NCBI GenBank assembly: GCA_016748015.1
Contig: JAAOMT010000128.1
Span: forward strand, 379,538-443,537
Reading direction: 5' to 3'
DNA length: 64,000 nucleotides
Origin: Geosiphon pyriformis uo1
Taxonomy: Eukaryota; Fungi; Glomeromycota
The number at the start of each line of letters is the position of its first letter. Within the stretch, counting starts at the first letter, position 1. The translations under genes were made by a program, and so were the position numbers. Below the pieces are notes generated by a model. That model did no database searches and had not been told where the DNA came from. It saw nothing but the letters and a program-made list of their open reading frames with translations. Of this stretch, positions 37,870 through 51,203 are shown piece by piece.

Positions 37870-38550
37870 TGTTACCCAAGTAGAAAAACTGATTCAAAGT
37901 TATGAAGAAATGTGACCAAAACATGACCAAAACATAACATAACACAGAATAGCATGCAATAACGTTGGATAATGCGTTATAACATAAGATAACATGTTAT
38001 AACACAGGATAACACAGAATAGTGCACAATAATGTTGAATAAACATGTTATAATGAAGAATAACGTGTTATAACACAAGATAACACAGAATAACATGTAA
38101 TAATATTAGATAATATGTTATAACATAAGATAACTAGTGATAATGTAAAAAAACAAAGCAATAATAGAAATAGTGAAGCAATAGCTAGCAATAGCAAGAC
38201 AATTGAAAGCAATCCTGTAAAACCAAAAGAATGTATAAAAGCAAGTAGTTATAGAAGTTAGAAAAACAAACAGATAGATACAAACTTTTAGACAAGAACC
38301 AAATATCCATACTCCTTCATTATTTATTATTTTCCTTATTTCATCTTCTAAAATAAACCAATTATTAAAGAAATCAGAATCATGAATTCATGTTTTCAAA
38401 CTTTGTAGAATTTATGTGAATTAACTCTTGTTTCGTATCTTTGTTTTAAGACAGATGCTCTTAGCATAACCACCTTAAACTATTAACGATTTGGACCAAT
38501 TACTCTTGATTACAGTGATTGATGATACTAATTTATCTTTTTTTTCTTTT

Positions 38551-38590
<40 letters not shown>

Positions 38591-38684
38591 TTTTTGTTTT
38601 TTTTGTTTTTTTTGTTTTGTGTTTTTTTGTTTGTGTTTTGTTTTTGTTTGTTTTTGTTTNNNNNNNNNNNNNNNNNNNNATACT

Positions 38685-38724
<40 letters not shown>

Positions 38725-39120
38725 CTTATTTTTTTGTGGAGCAGCAACATAGTAAAATCAACTGTCTGAAAATAGACTTTGTGATAGCCTAGTAAAAGAG
38801 GGAAGCTCTCCCTAAGTTTTGGATATTAACATTATCCTGTTAGTTTACCAGAAGGGCAAAAAGACAATGCCAAACCCTAATGACTGCACTCATTAGCTTG
38901 GAGAAAAAAGCTCACATTTATGGAAAATGTTGCAATCGACAAAAGACAAACTCTATGCCTTATAACCAAAGAACTCAACAGGTAAAATTACATTCAGGAA
39001 TAAACCTTCAGAAATTGATAATTAAGACTAAGCCAACAAAATTATGTGAAAGATGCATTATCAATAATTGAGAGCACTAAATGTTACTATTTCCCATACC
39101 TACCAAGTTTACCCATAACA
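37870..39120 (+). repeat. D 3' LTR (contains a poly-T tract and an N gap)
   Basis: TGTTA...TAACA; matches the split 5' LTR. Confidence 0.9.
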
Positions 39121-42100
39121 TTGCATATTTTCTTTCCAGCTGTGGGTTATTGAATAGCCAGATTAATCTTTTATGATCAGTATATAGGTTGAATGGTTGG
39201 CTTAAGTAATGTTTCCAGGTTTGTACTGTTCAATAAATGGCAAGACATTCCAAGTCTGTTGTACTATATATCTTTTCTGTTAGACTTGTGCTATGGCTAG
39301 CATATACAATTGGATGTTCTTTTTTGTCTGGTCCAATCTGAGATAAGACAACTTCTAGTGCATTTTTTGAGGCATCTGTAGCAACAATGAAATGTTTGAT
39401 GAAATCTGAGTAGATCAATACTGAAAAGACAATTAACCACTGTTTGAGATAGTCGAATGCTTTCTGTTATTCTTTTTTCCATCAGTATGATACATGTTTA
39501 GATAGCAAATAATGAAATAGTTTTATAATGGTTGAGAAACCTTTGATGAACTGTCAGTAATATTCTGCTAATCCTAAGAATTCATGTAGTTTTTGAAGAT
39601 TGATAAGAGCTGAAAAATTTTTGACTTTTTGGATTTTGTCTGGATTGGGTTTGATTCCATTTTTGCCGATTATGTGTTCTAGGAATTTTAGCTTGGTTTT
39701 TCCAAAGAAGCATTTGTCAGAGTTAAGTTTTAGTCCAGTATTTCGAAAACGTTCAAAGACTTGTTGGAGGTATAGCAAATGTTCATCAAACATTTCTGAA
39801 AACATGTTTGTGTTGTCTAAGTAAACTACAACTGATTTCTATAGGATTCCCTTATATACAATGTCCATGAAATGCTAGAAAATGGCAGGAGCATTGCAGA
39901 GTCCAAAAGGCATTACATTGAATTTAAAATTTCTATCTCAGATGGTAAATGTCATTTTCCTTTTGTCTTTCAGATCCATTTTGACTTGTCAATATTTATT
40001 GGCTAGATCTAGTAACAAGAACCATTTCTTCTTTCCTAAATTGTCTAGAATTTCTTGAATAAGAGAAGTGGAATAGTTATCTCCTTAGATAATGCTATTT
40101 AATTTCCAGTAATCCACACAGAATTGTACCTTTCTGTTTTTTTTTGTGATTAAGACCACTAAAAAGAACCAAGAGCTTAATAATTCTTTAATTAGTTCAT
40201 TGTCAAGCATTTGTTGTACTTCCTGCTTAATCAGATTATCACCAGATGGAAGTATGCAGTAAGCTTGCTGCTTAATAGGTCAAGCATTTCTGGTGTCAAT
40301 CTGGTGTTTTATGATGTTGGTGCATCTGAACTCATTTTTACTGACAAAGACATTGACATATTGGTTCAACAGAATCTTAAGTTGTATTTGCTATAAAGGG
40401 CTCTGGTTTTCCAAGTTGAGTTTATTGATTTTTTCCAGTGTAAACAAGTAACTTTCTTTTGGCAGGTTCCATACTTGTAAGGTAATGTTACAGAATAAAA
40501 ACAATTGAGTAAAATCTGGAATAAGCTAGAGTTTTTCTGGATTCTGAATATCTGGAGATATAGAACCAATGAGGGTTTTCTCAGGAATTTTAATAACATC
40601 TTTGATTGGATTGTAAATAAGGATTCTGAAGTGTTTATAAGCTTTGGCTGGTAAGTACAGGTTAGCAACATTGACTAGTGAGCAGATCTTGGAATCAATC
40701 TTGAAGACTAGTGCTTGGTTCTGAATCTTTTAATCGACTTTGAGAATGTACTGCCAATAAAGAGGGATGGAAATGATGGTATTAGTGTAGATAAGTTCTA
40801 TCTAATTACTATTTTTCTCCATTAAATTAACCATTATGTTCCCTTTTCCACTTGAGCCAAACCCATTAATTCCTTGGGCAGTAAGGCCTAATTCTTTTTA
40901 AGTGGTAACTGGAACTAGTTGGGATATTTGGATTAAAGGTAAAAAGATGACTTGGGCAATTTTTTCGTGGGATTTGATCTTATAGGGTTTGTTTGAACTG
41001 TTTTGTAGCATCATGATGATGTTTTCTATATATTTGGCATTAATAATTCCTCCTTTTACATCAATTTCTTTCTTTACAAGACTCAATCTAAACACTACTT
41101 ATATCATAGTACTAACCAGGATTTCTAATGTTATTTTAAGATCTATACTTATTAGAGAATATAGTGCTATTATTATGAATAATTGTCCAGAGTACTATAA
41201 GTCAAAGCCAGCATCTATGTCATGGTTTTTTTAGGGCAAATTTCTTTATTGTCATTACTATACCATTTTAAATTTAATTCTTTTAAGAGATTGGAATAAA
41301 CAAAATACTGTTTTGTTTTGGTATTTTGATTTGGCTCCTAAAATAACATGTTCTTGGCAAGTAATTCCTCTTCTTCTTCAGGCTCAGGTAATTCAGTGAT
41401 TAGGTATAGGATTCTGGAAGGTGAGTTGAACATGAAATCACACTTGTCACAGTATTAGAAGTGACAAGAAATTAAGCAGTGATCATATAGTTTGGTATTT
41501 AGATCAACTAAATGCTATTTTTGCTCTTCTTGGATTAAAGCCAATTTCTGATATTAGTTCTAAAATGTGTTAAGGTCATTTGTAAAGAAATCATTTGTGG
41601 GGTAGTTAGATCTATCATATTTGGACATCCAAGAATTGTTCTTGATTTTTTATATTTCTTTGAATGTGGCACCTTCAGCTTTGGTGTTTGCCATTCTTCA
41701 GATTTCATAATCATTGTGTAGATAACTATTCAGCCTATTAAGTGCTCATTTCCAAGCATTCTCAATAAGGGTTCCCTTTTGTATCCAATCATTGATTAAT
41801 ATGGTGTATTAACAAGTCTTGTCACATGTTCCTCCTCTGCCATACACATCATTTCAGAGTCTTTCATTGGGCAGAATCTTGTCACATGCAAGACACAGCA
41901 TGTTGTCCCACTTGCCTTGTCATTTTAGTCATCCAAATCTTTCCAATACACAAAATATGCAGTAGTATTTGGTGGCAGTGGGCCATTTTTTGTTGTTTCC
42001 AATACATGTGCTCTTAGTGGATAACTTCTTTCCATAATCAATACATATTAGTCTTGGAGGTTGGTAAAATAGGTTTCTTTGGTCTGAGGTTACATATTCT

Positions 42101-44800
42101 AGTGATGATGATTGGGGTTCTTTTTTGGCTCTGCCTTTTCTTTTTTCTTTCCAGGTTGGTAGTAAGAGTAGTTCAGTTCAATAATTGTTCACCCATGAAA
42201 CCTAATAGATTTCAATAGTCAGTGATAGTGATGTGTTTTTGAATTCAATAAAGGGTTTCTTGATATATTGGATTTTAAAATGTCTGCATATAACTGAGAC
42301 TTGAATATACTGTCCATTAAACATAAGTTAAAGTTCTTGGGTGTTCTAGTTAAGAATAGTATTGGCTTTTGACAACCAATTATTTTCTACCAGAGCTTGA
42401 TATTGAGTAGCTTCTATAACAAGTACTTTAGTAGAGATCTGGATTCCATTAATCTCGAAGGAAAAGTTGTCAATTTTTCCTATTGGGGTTTTTGTGTTTC
42501 CATCCACTATAATGATCCAAGTAGTAGCAACACAGTCTACTTGGCAACCTAGTTGGTTCATAAGCTGCTTTGTGATTATGCTACTGGCTGATCTGTTATT
42601 CAGAATTAATTTAATATCTATTCCTCCAACTCTGATATCAGTGTATAGGACCATTATTGGTTTATTTTGATTAATGGCTGCTCCACTAAAAAGGCTATGG
42701 GTGTTCAAATTATTGATGTCAAAAGAAAATATGGCAGCTAGAATGGTGTCTTCAGTAATGGTAGCTGGTAGGATATTGCTTTTTGTTTGCTTAAAAGGTT
42801 GGGAGATTTGTTTTATATCTCTCTTTTTTACAGATATAGATTTATCAAAACCCTGGTCTTTCATAAGATCAAGATAGAAAGCTTGATTCAGATATCCAGT
42901 TGGTGCTGGTTGAAATTGGGCAGGATTATGAGGGATTGGTCGAGACAGTCTGCTGTTGGTTTGCATCTAATTGTTGTTGGGATTCCTCTATCTCTGATTA
43001 TAGTTTATGGCTCAAGGTCTGAATTGGCTGTAAGAAAGAGTTTAATAGTAAGAGATTGTTTGTGTTATTAGTGGTAGTTGATAATAATTCTGGTGTGGTA
43101 GTTGAGTGTATAGGACTTGTTGTGCATACTGAGGTGGTTGATTTTAAGTGATGGAATATTAGAATATTATGTTTTGCTGATATCTTGGTTGCTGGTATTA
43201 GTTTTCTTGATTTTGGTCTATTATCTTTTTTTTGCAGTCATGGGCAATGTGTCCAGATTTCTGGCAATAGTAACAATTGCAGAGATTGGATCTTTAAAAT
43301 TGTTGCTGTTGCTAATGGTTTTGTTGCTATGAGTATTTGCTGTTGTTGTTATTTTCTCTTTATTGTGGTAATTGATAAGTTCCTGTGGTTCTAGCTAAAA
43401 ATTCCTCAATTTTCTGAATTATTTTCTTACTTAATTGGGTTATCTTTGCATCAATGTTAGAGGTTCTATTAATGGCTAAATTAACAACTTAAGTATGATT
43501 TGCTTCTTGTTCTGCAGACTCAAAATCATGAGCAAAAATGATGGCATCTTGTAAATTGGTTGGATAACAGGGTCTTACAGATCTTAGAATACTACTCCAC
43601 AATCCTTTAATGAATTAATTAAGAACTTGCACTGTGGTGTAGTAGTTCCTTTTAATAGCTAATATTTGACAAAGAATTTGATTAAATTGTTCAAGATAAG
43701 TAGTTACTGCTTTATGATCTTTTTGTTTAATTATGCTGAATTGATTCTGCAATCAGATTAAAGTATTGGGATCACAAAAGTATTATAGAAAGGTGAGCTT
43801 AAAAGTGTTAAAGTCAGTTGGTTTTTCTACAAGGCTTTGATATTACGAGTCTGTGGTTCTGGTTAAAAAGAATGGCAGCACTTGAATAGCTCTGTCATTA
43901 TCCCAATTGTTGACAGTGATTGCTTTCTTGGCTTTTGCAATCCACAAATACATGTTGTTTTTTTTCTCTGAGAATTTTTCTAACTTAGTAATATCTTGGT
44001 AAGCCATAATCCAGTTGATGGGTGAGGTGTTATTGGTTACATTTAAGGGGATTGGTGTCCACATATTTGAGTGTTTTTCAGATGCTAATGCTGGTTGTTT
44101 CTTTTTGTTACTTAAACCAATAGGTTGTAAGATAGCTGTTCCTTTCATTAAAGAAGATATTGATTTTGCTGGATTTTGTGCTGGTGGTTGTTTCCAAGTT
44201 AACATGTTTTTTTCTGTTTGACCAGCTGTTGGAATAAGATTTCCAAACAGCGATCTGCATTCTCTTAGTGATTTGGTCCAATTGTGTATGACTCCAAAAG
44301 TATGGATTTCCAGGAGTTCATGGTGTTTCTGACTGGGTTTCTGGGAGTAGATTGAATACAATTCTACTTTAGAGTGTTTGAAGTTGTTGAAAAGAGGAAC
44401 CTTGGTTTCTTGTTGACTGTAGACTTATTTTAAACAGTTGTAGAATTATTGGATCTGTATTTGTATTCTTCTGGATTGGATTCTACTGGTTGTTGTACTT
44501 GAGGAAATCATTGTGTCACATAGTGTTTAATGTCTGTATCAACTATGTATAGAGTTTTAGCAATTGCTTAAGTAGTAGTAGTTGTTGAATACCCTAATAA
44601 GCTTTGATGAATTTATTCTCCAAATCTTCCTGTATCAATTGCATGATCTAACAAGCAGTTGATTTTTGCATTAATATAGTTGCAAAAATCACTTTCTGTG
44701 ATGGTGGTTTCTGCTGGTATTCTTAGATCTTTTCGAAAGTATTGAAATAGTGCCCTTTCATATAAGAAGTGGTCTTTTTTTATTGTTTCAATAGTCACTA
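39121..44800 (-). pseudogene. E gag-PR-Cys-rich-dUTPase (about 41260-40850)-RT-RH
   Basis: Minus-strand ORF fragments homologous to D: ITKLEKFS, IKLILNN, GGIINAKY, KIAQVI, ATDAS. Confidence 0.85.
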
Positions 44801-44862
44801 CTTTTGTGTATCTCTGGGGTGCTCTGTTTCTGTGAATTTATAACTTCATAGGGAGCACCAAA

Positions 44863-45786
44863 TGTTATGGGTAAACTGGGTAAAGTATGGTGGTAATGTT
44901 TGGTGCTCTATTTTTAGGTCTTTCAAGATTGTTTGCTCTTTCCGCAGTGTTAGTGTTATCAGTCTCTAAAAGTCTATTTCTAAATATGAGTCTACTTACT
45001 GAGTTCTTTGGTTATAAGACACAGAGTTTGTCTTTCATTGATTGCAATGTTTTTCATAAATGTGAGCTTTCTTCTCCACGTTAATGAGTACAGTTATTAG
45101 GGTCCAGCATTGTTTTTTTGTCTTTTTGGTAAGCTATTAAGATAATGTTAATATCTAAAACTTAGAGGGAGCTTTCTTCTTTTACCAGACTATCATGAAG
45201 TCTATTCCAAGACAGTCAATTTTCATATGTTGCTACTCTAAACAAAAGAAGAAAAAAAAGAAAATAAAGAAAGAAAAAGAAAAGAATTAATTTCTGTCAA
45301 TTGTCATAATCAAGAGTGATTGGTCTAATTTGTTAAAGGTTTGAAGCATTTATGCTAATAACATCTGTTCTAGAACAAAGGTAAGAAATACTGATTTTAA
45401 TTTCAATTAAAATCTGTAAGATTTGAGAACATGAATTAATAAATTGGATTTTTTTGTTTTTGATAATTATTGTATTTCAAACTATAAATATATAATAAGT
45501 ATAATACAAAATAAAATTGATTGCTAATTAACTGTCTTTTTAACTTCTACAACTACTTGCTTTTATACATTCTTTTGGTTTTACAGGATTGCTTTTAATT
45601 GCTTTATTATTGCTAGCTATTGTTTTGTTATTGCTAACTATTGCTTATTATTGCTAGCTATTGTTCATTATTACTAGCTATTGCTCATGTTTGTCTTATG
45701 TTACCTCGAATTGTACTGTGTTTTTTTTGTCACATTTTTTTGTCATGTTTTCTTATAGCTTTTTGGTTTTTTCTACTCAGGTAACA
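44863..45786 (-). repeat. E 5' LTR
   Basis: Reverse complement is related to the D LTR; adjacent PBS at 44862-44843. Confidence 0.88.
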
Positions 45787-47454
45787 GCATCTATTCAAAT
45801 CTTATGCAAAAAATTTTTTATGGATCCAAAACCATCTCAATCCAAAACACTAAAAGACATTAGACTAAAAACTGCCAATTTACTTTCAGCAACAAACTCT
45901 AATCTGCTCATAAAATCAAATTTTGCAACAAATCAAGTTAGAACAGGACTTCTAAGATCTAATTTTTTTTAATAATAAAATGTTTTTTAGGTTATTAGTT
46001 TTCCATATTTGTCCATAAATCTGTCTCCAAAAACAACACCAAAATATTTCAAAAAAGCCACCATTTTATAATATACTGTTTTTCTCAAGATATCAGATAT
46101 TATAAACTTACTAGAACTGTAAAAAGCCTAAAACAAATTATTTATCAGAGAAAGCTCATTATCTAAGAACACCCTTATTACTTTAGCAAAAAAATTGTTT
46201 ATAGAACTAATTCTTAATTTAACAAAATGCTGTAAAGAATTAATTAAAGTTCAGCCCAAAATCTGCAAGTTTAAGAAATAATAATCAAACAATTGGGTTA
46301 AAACATCTTCTAAATTCACAAAAAAAAACAACTGAAGCCATTTTATTTTTAGCCTGTAATTGTTCAAAGAATTTTAAATTATACAATAGCAGATAATATA
46401 AAATCTTATTAGAAAGATCTCTAAGCAAACCAGCTTTTTGTTTTAAGTTCTTCTTAATTAAAACATCTTACTTGTAGTAAATATTAATTGAAACATAATT
46501 AAACTGTATACAGTAATTGATTATAGATTATAAGACAGTAAAAACTAAGTAACAAAACTGTTTATTCAAAATAGTTTTTTTCAAAACCACATTTATAAAA
46601 AACCTAATATCTAATAAGCCTTGACTAAACTAAAACTAAAAAAACTCTTAATGAAAAAAAAATTTTCAAGTATTTATATAACTTATCCTTTTTAGCAATA
46701 GAAATAAGATATCTACAAATATTCAATAATGTATTTTTCACTCTTTTATTAATAGAAATAATCACTGTCTTATTATTATTAATTGAAATATTATTAAATA
46801 TAAAAAATTTGTTGGGAATATTCAAAATGTACTGAGTTGAAACCTAATTATTCTTTATTTAAATAATGTTATTAACAAAAGTGCTTACTGCAAAAAACAA
46901 TGTTTTCTCTTCTGTATTTTCTATCTTATCAGTCTTGGTCACAAACTTTGTGTCAATTTGGTAGCTACACAAATGTTTATGTCTTTTTACTTCACACAAA
47001 AAAGGATTATAAAATATTCTTCAAAGTAAAGAAACGAAAATTTTGTCCTAATTCAATTCATCATGCACATAATAATTTTTTAAAAAGCCAAAATTGGTCA
47101 TAATTTTGTTTACTCTGCTCTGATGTATACTGCCAAAAAAACTAATAAACTATTTATACATTTTAATACATCTTAAGCTGTTTTTTAAATGATATTAACC
47201 AACTGAGTTATAAGCTTTCTGTATATTTTGTAGAACCAATTACAGCTCTCTATTTTTTTCCAACATATTTTTAATTACCAAGCCAACCACAAACACAAAA
47301 AACCAAGTTAAAGTACTTTTCAATACCAAAAAGTTATTTTTACAAAGAATACTAAAATTGCTGCATATAAAAGAGATCCAGTCCAAGAAAATTTTCAACA
47401 AAACTTTTTAAGCTGTCTCTATTAATGTTATAAGCCTTGTGTTGATTAACATAT
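45787..47454 (-). mobile_element. Highly decayed non-LTR (LINE-type) reverse transcriptase remnant, the basal layer of the nests
   Basis: Minus strand gives degraded non-LTR RT motifs in order: TR-I-LIET, LQN-QKAYNSV (D--KAYDSV), RIFYNP, FVNNII (FVDD), NISINNNKT, YKYLKI (YLG). Confidence 0.75.
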
Positions 47455-48141
47455 TTTTACTCATAAAAAGAAAAAACAGATATAGAAAATAGTAAACCAA
47501 TAGGAAAATAGTAGTTAGCACATGAGCATATTGTTTAACAATGTGGAGCAATGTTAGAAAATTAGGGCACATTGCTTAGCAATATAAGCATTGCTCAAGA
47601 AATCATAGCACATTGCTTAAAAATATGAGTAATCTCATAAAACATTAATTATGTATATATAGCAGTAACATTAGAAGAAAAAAAAACAGACTTCTCAATT
47701 TAAATTTGATTTAAGCAACTTTCTACATTACAAATATCAATAAATAATTATTTTCTATCTCAAATTCACTCTTTACTATCAACATGAAGTGTTAATAGTA
47801 ATAGATACTTAACCACATAGGAACAATAACTCTTGATCATGGCTATTGACAAGATACTAGCATTTATTGTCTTGGCTTATTTATTTTATTTTATTTTCTT
47901 TTCTTTTATTTCTTTGTTATTTCTTATTGTGTACTAATTGATTAAAAAATTAAGCACTGAATTATTGACATTAAGAATAGCCTGGTAAAAGACCTCAAAG
48001 AAAAAGTATAACATTGAAAATTTAAGGATAGCTTACCAGAAAAGCATCTTTGTCAGATTACTGGTCACTACACTAAGAAAGAAATTGGACAAAATTGCAA
48101 TTCTGAGAGCCTACTGAAACAACCATTGAATCTTTGTCCAT

Positions 48142-49164
48142 TGTTACCAAAGGTTTTTGGTCTCTTTTCTTGAATGTTGTAACTGTCTGTTGGTTGCAAA
48201 TTCATGTTTTCTAGAAGTAGTTGAACCTCCAATAACTGAATTTATCTTCAAATTATCTCCTATAATTTGAACTGCTGGGCTTATAAGTGGAATGACCAAT
48301 TCCTTGCCAGTTACTTTATATAGTTATGTTGTGGTAAATGTCAACTCTTTTCCAGGAATTGCTCATCTGGAAGCTCACTAAAAAATATGTAGTTACTTTG
48401 TTGTAAAAGTCAACTCTTCTACAAGAATCTTGTCTGTAGGCTACCCTAATAATTGTAATAAGAAAAGAAAAAAAAAATAAAAGAAATGTAAAAGAAATAG
48501 GATTTTATCCAGGGAAACGTTTTCTATCCAGGCCTGGAGTCACTAACAGATTAATGAAATTGGTAGCTAATCAATTTCAAAATATTAGTTGTGTTGAGGG
48601 AATTTTAAGTGTAATAATTTTAAGGATTTGGTTTTCGAATATTTTAATTTTTATTTGATTTTGTAAAAAATGATTTGTTCTAATTAAGATATTTGAAGTA
48701 AGTTACTGTGGTAAGATATATTTTCCAGAAGAGAAAAGCTCTTCTTTTATACAACTTGTTGTAGTACTAGTCTATGAACTTGCACTTTTTCTTTTTGCTC
48801 AAATTTTGGCAAACTAAAGATACATTTTGATGAACTACAAGTTATTTCGCTGAACTATTGATTAATTTGGGTGAACTATTCATAATTTTGGCGAATTTCT
48901 ATAAATTTCGGTGAATTTCTTATAAATTTCGGCAAATTTCTGTAAATTTCGGCGAATTTTAGAATGTTACAAAATTCAGGGTATTGTGTAATTTGATCAT
49001 CCTACTTTCTGTTATACTAATTGGATTATTTAATTGAATCGTGATATGTGATAATTGATTAAATAATAAATGATAATTTGAAATAATATTAATATACTAA
49101 TTAATTATAGGAATTATAAGGGTAATTTTTCTGCTAATTAATAGCTAAAATTCTACTGGTAACA
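48142..49164 (-). repeat. G 3' LTR
   Basis: Repeat of 56859-57880. Confidence 0.93.
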
Positions 49165-49760
49165 TAATCTTCTTCTCAAGACTGAGCTCTGTCAAAGTCC
49201 AAGCACTATCTGTAATATTGAGATAGTAATCCAAAATAATTGAAGTAATTTGGTCTGAAAATTGTTGAAATTTCAGTTTTGTGAGTTTGCCAATGTATTN
49301 NNNNNNNNNNNNNNNNNNNNNNNNNNNNNNNNNNNNNNNNNNNNNNNNNNNNNNNNNNNNNNNNNNNNNNNNNNNNNNNNNNNNNNNNNNNNNNNNNNNN
49401 NNNNNNNNNNNNNNNNNNNNNNNNNNNNNNNNNNNNNNNNNNNNNNNNNNNNNNNNNNNNNNNNNNNNNNNNNNNNNNNNNNNNNNNNNNNNNNNNNNNN
49501 NNNNNNNNNNNNNNNNNNNNNNNNNNNNNNNNNNNNNNNNNNNNNNNNNNNNNNNNNNNNNNNNNNNNNNNNNNNNNNNNNNNNNNNNNNNNNNNNNNNN
49601 NNNNNNNNNNNNNNNNNNNNNNNNNNNNNNNNNNNNNNNNNNNNNNNNNNNNNNNNNNNNNNNNNNNNNNNNNNNNNNNNNTTGTTTTTGGGTTTGGGTG
49701 TTTTTGTAATTTATTTACTATTTTTGTCTTTGTGTTTTTATTAAAGAATTATTGTAAAAT

Positions 49761-51146
49761 TTAAGTGTTCAAGTTTGGTTGTTGTTCTATTATAATTATT
49801 AGTTCTAAATTTCGGGAAATATCTTCAGGATTAATTAAAGGAAAATGTGTACCAATTTGTGGAATTAATGGTTCAGGATTGTTTTTGGAATGATAGTGTT
49901 TCAATCTGTCTCCATGTGCAACTTTTGCTAGTATTTTGTCATTAAGTCTTAACTTGTATAATCCATTGCCTAGAATTTTGTAAATATAAAATGGTCCATC
50001 CTATTTGTTTTCAAATTTCCCACTCCATTGTTTTTCAGTCTTAGTTCTGTATAAGAGAACTTTATTTCCAACTTTAAATTCGTTGGTAATAGGTGGTAAT
50101 TTGTTGTCATGTCTTTCTTTTTGTTGAGCTTGGGAATATTTAATATGAGTTGCTGCTATTCTTCTTTTTTCTTCCAGTGTACTAAAAAAAGTGTAGGCTT
50201 TTCTTTGGAGTGTTTCTTGAAAGTTTTCTTCATTGATTGGTTGCACTGGGTATGTTTCTACTGTAAAATTAATTGGTAATGTTGCTGTCCTCTCATAAGT
50301 AAGATCAAATGGTATGTGTTTTATAGTATCTTGTTTTAGCATTCTGTATGCTAGTAACACTGATGAAATAAAGATATCCCATTCCTGCTCAAAGTCTGTT
50401 GAGACTTTGGCTAAAGATTCACACAATGTTTTGTTGAAACGTTCTACAAGTCCATTTGTTTGAGGGTGATAAGGTGATGATAAAAGTCTTTTAATATTGA
50501 ACCATTCACAAATTTCTTGTATCAAGTTGTTCACAAAATGTGTTCCTTGATCAGATAAAAGTTCAATTGGGCATCTATGTCTACAAATAATGTCTTTATA
50601 GATGAAATTTGCTACTGATTTTGCATCTACTCTTTGGATGGCTCTAGCTTCAGGCCATTTGGTAAGATAATCTACTGCTACTGTAATATAGCAATTTCTT
50701 TGGGTTGTAATAGGTAATGGTCCGACTAAATCAATTCCAACTCTGTCAAAAGATTGTCCAACTTTGATTGGATTTAAAGGTTCTGTGGGGCAAGTTCTTT
50801 CTCTTCTTTGACAACTATTACAAGATTCTACATATTGTTGAATGTTTTTTTGCATGTGAGGCCAAAAATAATGTTCAAGAGTTTTTTGAATTGTTCCATC
50901 TCTTCCCAAGTGTGCTGAAGATAGATCTGTGTGCATGTTGTATAAAATTGTTTCTTTTTTATTCTCTTGTACTAATCTGAGTGGTTGGTTTGGGTTTCTG
51001 TGATTTTTATAATAGATTTTGTTCTGGTGTATGAAATATTGTTTTAATTGGTGTTGTAAACGATGTTTTTTACTTGGAGACCAGTTTTCTGGCATGATAA
51101 GGGTCTCCAAATAATTTTTAAGATTGCTGTAATTTTTGGAATCTAT
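49761..51146 (-). pseudogene. G integrase (separate ORF; start codon reads ATA where A has ATG)
   Basis: ORF 50001-51110 with HHCC and DDE motifs. Confidence 0.9.
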
Positions 51147-51203
51147 TCTTGTTTGGTTATTTTGTTGGTAAGTTGGTAAGTTGTGGTGGAATTGTTGTTG
51201 GTA

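Larger units (their letters stand above)
846..39120 (+). mobile_element. Ty3/Gypsy LTR retrotransposon D, full length, hosting A, B and C
   Basis: 5' LTR 846-1011 plus 18569-19478, 3' LTR 37870-39120. PBS 19479-19497, PPT about 37853-37869. Flanks TCAC/TTGC fit a decayed TCGC duplication. Confidence 0.9.
1..45786 (-). mobile_element. Ty3/Gypsy LTR retrotransposon E (D family), in two pieces, 1-845 and 39121-45786, split by insertion D; its 3' end runs off the window
   Basis: 5' LTR 44863-45786 and PBS TGGTGCTCCCTATGA. Gag-PR-dUTPase-RT-RH remnants at 44800-39121 continue at 845 (joined RNase H sequence matches D at 35551-35600). Integrase at 730-1. Confidence 0.9.

Noticed and set aside
38520-38730. 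Poly-K / poly-F ORFs
   Set aside because: Low-complexity T tract next to an N gap. The 5' LTR has only a short T-rich tract, so this is probably an assembly artefact or slippage.
49262-49744. ORFs of 142-160 aa
   Set aside because: They consist mostly of the N gap that hides G ORF3.
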